Source of the DNA: Candidatus Bathyarchaeota archaeon
Lineage (GTDB): Archaea > Thermoproteota > Bathyarchaeia > Bathyarchaeales > Bathycorpusculaceae
Assembly (NCBI GenBank): GCA_963702095.1
Contig: OY969706.1
Span: 2,048,001 to 2,112,000 of the forward strand
Direction: 5' to 3'
DNA: 64,000 bases
Made by a program: the position numbers and the translations under genes. Shown in pieces: positions 58,728 through 64,000 of the stretch. How positions within the stretch are numbered: the stretch's first letter is position 1; every line of letters starts with the position of its first letter. The notes beneath the pieces are model-generated. The model did not search any database, was not told where the DNA came from, and saw only the letters and a program-made list of their open reading frames with translations.

Positions 58728-59699
58728 GTGAGCATAACCCAAAAAACCGTAGGTAAAGAGGCCCCAAAACCGCAACAGCATTTCGCTGAAAAATGCCCTG
58801 AATGCACAAGCAAAAACCTAGTTCACGATTACGATAGTGGCGAAACGATTTGTGGCGACTGTGGCCTTGTTTTGTTCGAGCAAATGATGGATAAGGGACC
58901 GGAATGGCGTGCGTTTACTCAGGAAGAGAAAGCCTCAAGAAGCCGCGTCGGTATGCCCTCATCATATTCAATTCATGATAAAGGATTATCTACAACCATC
59001 AGTCAAGTCGATAGAGACGCACTCGGCAGAAAACTGCCAATATCCACACGTCTGCAAATGTGGCGTCTACGCAAATGGCAAATCAGAAGCCGCGTGCACT
59101 CGTCTGTAGACCGAAACCTCTCTCAAGCCATGAGTGAACTTGATCGATTAGCAGGTAATGTTGCCATTGCGCCGCATGTCAAAGAAAAAGCCGCTCTTAT
59201 CTACAGAAAAGCACTCGACAAAGGCCTAGTCCGAGGCAGATCAATATCCGCCATCGCTGCAGCTTCATTGTACGCCGCATGCCGTAAAAGTGGATTACCA
59301 CGTACACTACGCGAAATCGCGGAAGCAAGTTTAGTGGATAGAAAAGATGTTGCGCGCTGCTATAGGCTTCTGCTTCATGAACTGGATTTCCACATGCCAA
59401 TCTCAGACCCCTTGACTTACATATCCAAAATTGCAGAAAAGAACCGTGTTTCTGGAAAAACACAGGGTGCAGCCATTGAAATTCTTAGGAATGCACGCCT
59501 AAAACGTGTGTCCGCAGGAAAAGACCCGATGGGTATGGCTTCAGCTGCAATTTACATAGCTTGTCTGCAGAATAACGAGAAAATAACTCAGAAGGACATT
59601 GCGGAAGCCGCTGGAGTCACAGAGGTTACTGTTAGAAACAGGTACAAAGCCTTAAGGAAGCAGTTGGACCTTGAAATTCCCGAAAGAGCTCATTCTTAG
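58728..59699 (+). CDS. tfb: Transcription initiation factor B
   Basis: CPEC...CGDC zinc ribbon; DKGPEWRAF; two cyclin repeats; VTEVTVRNRY. Confidence 0.97.
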   Translation: MSITQKTVGKEAPKPQQHFAEKCPECTSKNLVHDYDSGETICGDCGLVLFEQMMDKGPEWRAFTQEEKASRSRVGMPSSYSIHDKGLSTTISQVDRDALGRKLPISTRLQMWRLRKWQIRSRVHSSVDRNLSQAMSELDRLAGNVAIAPHVKEKAALIYRKALDKGLVRGRSISAIAAASLYAACRKSGLPRTLREIAEASLVDRKDVARCYRLLLHELDFHMPISDPLTYISKIAEKNRVSGKTQGAAIEILRNARLKRVSAGKDPMGMASAAIYIACLQNNEKITQKDIAEAAGVTEVTVRNRYKALRKQLDLEIPERAHS

Positions 59700-59745
59700 C
59701 TCTACCTATTTTTTGGTAAGCGCTTAAATTCTGGGTTGAAGTTAG

Positions 59746-59771
59746 GGGTTCAAATCCCTTCCCGCATGCCA
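59746..59771 (+). repeat. Second copy of tRNA-Arg 3' end (att-like)
   Basis: GGGTTCAAATCCCTTCCCGC identical to 56681-56700, followed by ATGCCA. Confidence 0.8.
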
Positions 59772-59844
59772 TTTCCTCTTTTGCGCTTTTTGTTATACTG
59801 AAAAGACTTTTGTGGGTCGAGGCTTACTATTATTTGTGGTTTTT

Positions 59845-61077
59845 ATGTCTGAGATTAAAAATCCGCTTCCAATTTGCCCAGGCGTCTTTTGGGTAGGCGT
59901 CAACGACACCGACATCACGCAGTTCGAGGGTCTGTGGAGCATCCCCGAAGGCGTCTCATACAATTCTTACCTTGTGAAGGGCACAGAAAAAACCGCGTTA
60001 ATAGACTGTGTGCATGAGCGAAAAGCACAGGAGCACTTCGAAAAAATCAGCCAAGTCACAGATATCTCCAAAATCGATTACCTCGTCATCAACCACATGG
60101 AACCCGACCACACAGGCGCAATCCCCCAGTTCCTCAAGAAAGCCCCCAACGCAAAAGTAATCTACACCCCCATCGCACAGAGCATCTTCCGCAAATTCTA
60201 CCACCTCGACCCCCAAGCCATCCTCACCAAAGGCGACGACATGACCGTCTCCTTAGGCGGCAAAACCCTGCGCTTCATCCAGACGCCGTGGCTGCATTGG
60301 CCCGAAACCATGAGTACCTACCTCCCAGAGGATAGGGTGATGTTTTGCTGTGACGCTTTTGGCGCATTCAAGCAGTTGCCATCAAACGCCATTTTGGAGA
60401 CGCAGATGGACGTGGATAGGCAGAATGTTTGTGGGTGTTCAAAGAAGTATTTTGCTTCCGTTTTTAATGGGCAGAGGGAGTGGGTTTTGAAAGCCATAGA
60501 TAAATTCGCCAAATTGGGCTTAGCCATTGATGTTTTGGCGCCAAGCCACGGCCCAGTCTTCAACAAAACCCCACAGAAAACCCTTTCTGATTGGGCAAAC
60601 TGGGGCAGAGGTGTCTACAAGAAAACCGTTGTCGTCGTCTACGGCTCCATGTACGGCTTAACCGCCAAGTGCCTAGGCGCCATCGAGGAGGGTATTGGGG
60701 AAGCCGGAGGCAAAATGCAGGCCTTCAACATATCCGAGGCCAAACCCGTCGATGCCTTAACCGCGTTGGTTGAGGCGCCGGCGCTGATAATTGGTTCATC
60801 CACTTATGAGCATGAGGTTTTCCCCAAAATCGCTGACTTCGTCAACTTGCTACGGGTGAAAAAGTATTCCGGTCGGTGTGTTGGTGTTTTCGGCAGTTTC
60901 GGATGGAGCGGCGAAGCAACAAGGAAGATTGCTGCAGAGTTGGCGGCGCTGGGGTTTGAAGTGGTGGGGCAACCGCTTCCGGTTTATGGCAGCCCAACCG
61001 AAGAAGACCTCTCCAAAGCTAAACAATTAGCCAAAGAAACCGCACAGCAAGCCTTCTTAAAATACCGCGCCACCTAA
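59845..61077 (+). CDS. fprA: Flavodiiron protein (FprA/A-type flavoprotein)
   Basis: SYNSYL; NHMEPDH; LHWPE; APSHG; flavodoxin YGSMYGLT and GSFGWSG. Confidence 0.95.
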   Translation: MSEIKNPLPICPGVFWVGVNDTDITQFEGLWSIPEGVSYNSYLVKGTEKTALIDCVHERKAQEHFEKISQVTDISKIDYLVINHMEPDHTGAIPQFLKKAPNAKVIYTPIAQSIFRKFYHLDPQAILTKGDDMTVSLGGKTLRFIQTPWLHWPETMSTYLPEDRVMFCCDAFGAFKQLPSNAILETQMDVDRQNVCGCSKKYFASVFNGQREWVLKAIDKFAKLGLAIDVLAPSHGPVFNKTPQKTLSDWANWGRGVYKKTVVVVYGSMYGLTAKCLGAIEEGIGEAGGKMQAFNISEAKPVDALTALVEAPALIIGSSTYEHEVFPKIADFVNLLRVKKYSGRCVGVFGSFGWSGEATRKIAAELAALGFEVVGQPLPVYGSPTEEDLSKAKQLAKETAQQAFLKYRAT

Positions 61078-61097
61078 CCCGCCGTCTGTTTGGCACC

Positions 61098-61820
61098 CTA
61101 TCCCTTTTTTCTTGAGGGCAACCAAACAACCGGTACAACAAGCAAAACCAGAAGCGGCAGCGCAAACAGGGGGAATTCGGGAACGGTGAGTGCCCAAACC
61201 TGCGGGTTAGTGTTGGTGATTGTTTCAGTGAAGATTTCGGTTTCTGAGCCAAAAGTGTCTCTGCTTATGTAGTATGAGGATACCGCTATGCCTTTAGCTT
61301 TGTCAAAGTGCATGTCGGTTTTGTCATAGTGTTTACCCGATGCTGTTTCAACTAGGCGTTCGTTGGTGTCTCGGTCTCCGTTTTGGTAGGTGCGCACGGC
61401 AGAGTTGGTTATGGTTGCGTCGCCGCCTAAGGGGTAGATTTTGTCGTTAACGTTGAGGTTGCCGGCTATGATTAAGTTGCCGTGTAGCATGTTTATGTCG
61501 CTTGACTGGACATCGACATAGCCTACTTCGGTGCTGGTTGACCCGTCAGTGTAGGTGGTGGTGACTTCGCCGTTGACTCTTGAACCGTCAACATCGGTTA
61601 TTTCGATTTGGAAACTCTGTACCTTGGCAATATCCGCTATGACATCGGGCATTGACACGTTGGGGTCGGTTGAGTTCCATGTAACATAATAGTTGTAGGT
61701 GAAAACGTCGCCTTTCGCTACGCCGGGTGTGCGCTCTTGGGCTGAGGCGACTCCTACTGTGGATGAGGCAAACATGATTGATATGATAATTAGGGTGATT
61801 AGGCTTTTTTTGTTAGTCAT
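61098..61820 (-). CDS. Secreted protein with PEF-CTERM-like sorting signal
   Basis: Signal peptide; C-terminal VPEFP + TM + RKK. Confidence 0.8.
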   Translation of the reverse strand: MTNKKSLITLIIISIMFASSTVGVASAQERTPGVAKGDVFTYNYYVTWNSTDPNVSMPDVIADIAKVQSFQIEITDVDGSRVNGEVTTTYTDGSTSTEVGYVDVQSSDINMLHGNLIIAGNLNVNDKIYPLGGDATITNSAVRTYQNGDRDTNERLVETASGKHYDKTDMHFDKAKGIAVSSYYISRDTFGSETEIFTETITNTNPQVWALTVPEFPLFALPLLVLLVVPVVWLPSRKKG

Positions 61821-61867
61821 AAATTACACCTTTGCTGTTGGGGTTCCTAAAAAAGGGGAAAAAGAGA

Positions 61868-63426
61868 TTATTTGACCATAGTTATGGTCACGTCGTCGAT
61901 GTAGATTGCTGCTGCTGATGACATGCCTTGGCTGATGAACTGGAATCTAAAGTTGCTGGTGAAGGCTGGATTGTTAGGTATTACCACTGTGTATTGATGC
62001 CATTCGTTGGCTGAGTACTTGCTGGTATCGCCCAAGTTTACACCTAGATTTATCCAGTTTACACTGTTGTAGTTGCTTGTGACGGTTACTCCGTATCGTA
62101 TCTGGAAGTTGCTTGGCTGCACATACTGGTTGATCATGAACTGGAAGGTTACCGTGACGTATTTTGCTCCGGTGGCGTCCTGTGGGCTGCTGGAAAACGC
62201 GCCTTGGTTGCTTTGCACTGACCGTACACAATCGGGTGCGCTGTGATATGTACCTGTGTAAACATTCCACGGCGGGTTAGTCCAGTAGTTCCAGCCTTGA
62301 TCCCATTGTTGCCCGTCAAATCCGGTGGTAGCAGGCAGTTCGGTGGTGGCTTCTGGGTTGCTGATGGTGAATGTTGTGCTTACTGAAGCGTAGTTTGAAG
62401 CTGAAGCGGTTAGCGTCGGTGACCCTGCAGCTGCGGCTTTATAGTACACGTTGGCGTAGCTGCTGCCGCTGTTTATGGTTATCGAGGTTATAGCTGCGGC
62501 GCAGTATTGGTCTGAGTAGAATGTTCCAGCAGTTGCATCTAAGCTGACGGTTGTACTGCCACTTGTTATTGCTGAACCGCTGGAGGTTTGGCGTTGTATC
62601 CTGATTTGTCCCGAAGGCTCACCGACTAGCATAGATTCGCCTGTGCCCTGTGTCATTACTAGCTTGTTAGAAGTTGATGGAATAAAGTTGGCGGTTATGG
62701 TACCGGCGCCGGCTTGGTTAGCAGTTGCTGTGGTTGAGGCTGAATTGGGGTTCGCGAATGTTATGCCGTCACTTGAGGTCCATGATGAGAAGACATAGTT
62801 GGTGCTGGGCTGAGCAGATATAGATGTTGGAGTGCCCAATGTGAATGGTTGTGTCCCTGAAGGGGTCGTGGTTCCGCTTGCTGTGGGGTTTACCGCGAAA
62901 GTTACTTGCATTTGATTGGGTGCATTTGTCGGTGAAGGCGTTGGACTTGAAGAACTGCTTGAGCTTGAACTCGAGCCCGAACTTGATGAGCTTTGCGTTG
63001 CATGAAGGTGCCTTCGATGGTGACTATTTTGATTCTTATGTGGTCAACAGGGCTGTAGATGAAATCTGTGACTACTTCTGCTGTCTGTCCTACGTTGATG
63101 GGTATTAAGCCGCCTGGGCTGATTGCCGTTCCCGAAGGACTCTCGATGATATTGTAGAGGGTGTCGTTGACGTATACGCTGCCGTCCTGTTTAAGATGCG
63201 CTATTCCTTGACCAGTGTTCTGAACGTAGACGACTAGGTTGCCGTTAGATGCGTAGCTCTGGATTTGGATGGCGTTGCCGGCTTGCGTTGTTTTGCCGCC
63301 TAAGAAACCCATGACCCACGCGTAAGCGACAAGTGAAGCCACTACGGCTATTGCAATCATTAGTAGAACTGAGATTACTGGGGAAATTGCTTTGACTGAA
63401 CGTCGAATCTTTGTTATTTTTCGCAA
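61868..63426 (-). CDS. Large pilin/archaellin-N-terminal adhesin-like protein (frameshift near 62998)
   Basis: Class III signal VKA/ISPVISVLLMIAIAV; a shift joins through a Ser-rich linker to the 347-aa Ig-like/beta-sandwich ORF. Confidence 0.8.
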
Positions 63427-63744
63427 AAATTTTTTCTCCTAAAAGTTTGGCTATCTAAAAAGTTAGCGCTTTATTGAGAAACCCTTTGATGTTTTGGGTA
63501 TTTAAGCTAGGATAGAACAAACTTCCACTTGATTTGAAAAAAGTCAGAAGCCTTTCGAGGGTTGATTTCGTTTCTAAAGATTTAGGACTAAAAAAGAAAA
63601 AAGTTGTTTAGGGTGTGTAGGTGACTACAACCCATACTTGAGTGCATTCCGCATAAGTAAAGTCTGAACCCCACCAACTGCCGCTATCATGTGATCTAAG
63701 TCCAACGCCGATTTGCAGGTTATTAATGTCAGCCCATGTCCAAG

Positions 63745-63803
63745 CGCCGCCGCCTCAAGCAGTCTCGTGGTGCCCCGCAAACCCCCACACCCACATAAAG
63801 AGA
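63745..63803 (-). repeat. Dispersed repeat family 1, copy C (inverted, partial)
   Basis: 58/59 identical to the reverse complement of 55995-56053. Confidence 0.9.
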
Positions 63804-64000
63804 CAAAACAATTTTGCTTTTTTAAAAAAGAAACAACAAAAAACGCAGCCGAGACGGCGTAATTCCTTTTAAACCTTCCCTGCATATTAGTGTGTGAGGA
63901 ATCAAGTTATGTTTATTGAGCAGACCCCTGAAGCGAACACGGTGTTTTTTGTTTGGCTAAACCAGTACAGCGGCATCCTGCTAAAAACCCCCACAGATAC

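Overview
Archaeal chromosomal window. The 16S sequence style, unlinked 5S gene, large PQQ-type beta-propeller and Pro/Thr-linker surface proteins suggest Bathyarchaeia (inference, not a database result). Contents, left to right: a 16S rRNA gene (-) with its processing stem; arsC; a secreted beta-propeller protein; a ~650-bp cluster of structured non-coding elements; ppdK; a rearranged A/V-type ATP synthase cluster with atpI inverted; a ~25-kb cobalt/nickel/corrinoid locus; tRNA-Gln; a truncated type IV pilus locus; 5S rRNA; tRNA-Arg followed by two decayed islets (VapBC, HicB remnant, TFB paralog); fprA; and surface/pilin genes. The metal locus holds chlID-ABC importer-cobN-cbiZ-ABC exporter, two CbiMNQO-type ECF transporters, a second ABC importer and a wHTH regulator. 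Main observations not explained by the ORF track: (1) two operator families read directly from the sequence, TWAAC-N4-GTTWA fixed 6 bp from TATA boxes and NikR-like GTATTAC-N14-GTAAYAC, each also present at an orphan promoter beside a structured non-coding element; (2) candidate structured RNAs at 6553-7201; (3) a 7.8-kb segment bracketed by 59-bp inverted repeats; (4) dispersed intergenic repeat families; (5) three unannotated microproteins. About ten genes carry small indels that are most likely long-read errors. All folds and alignments were done by eye.
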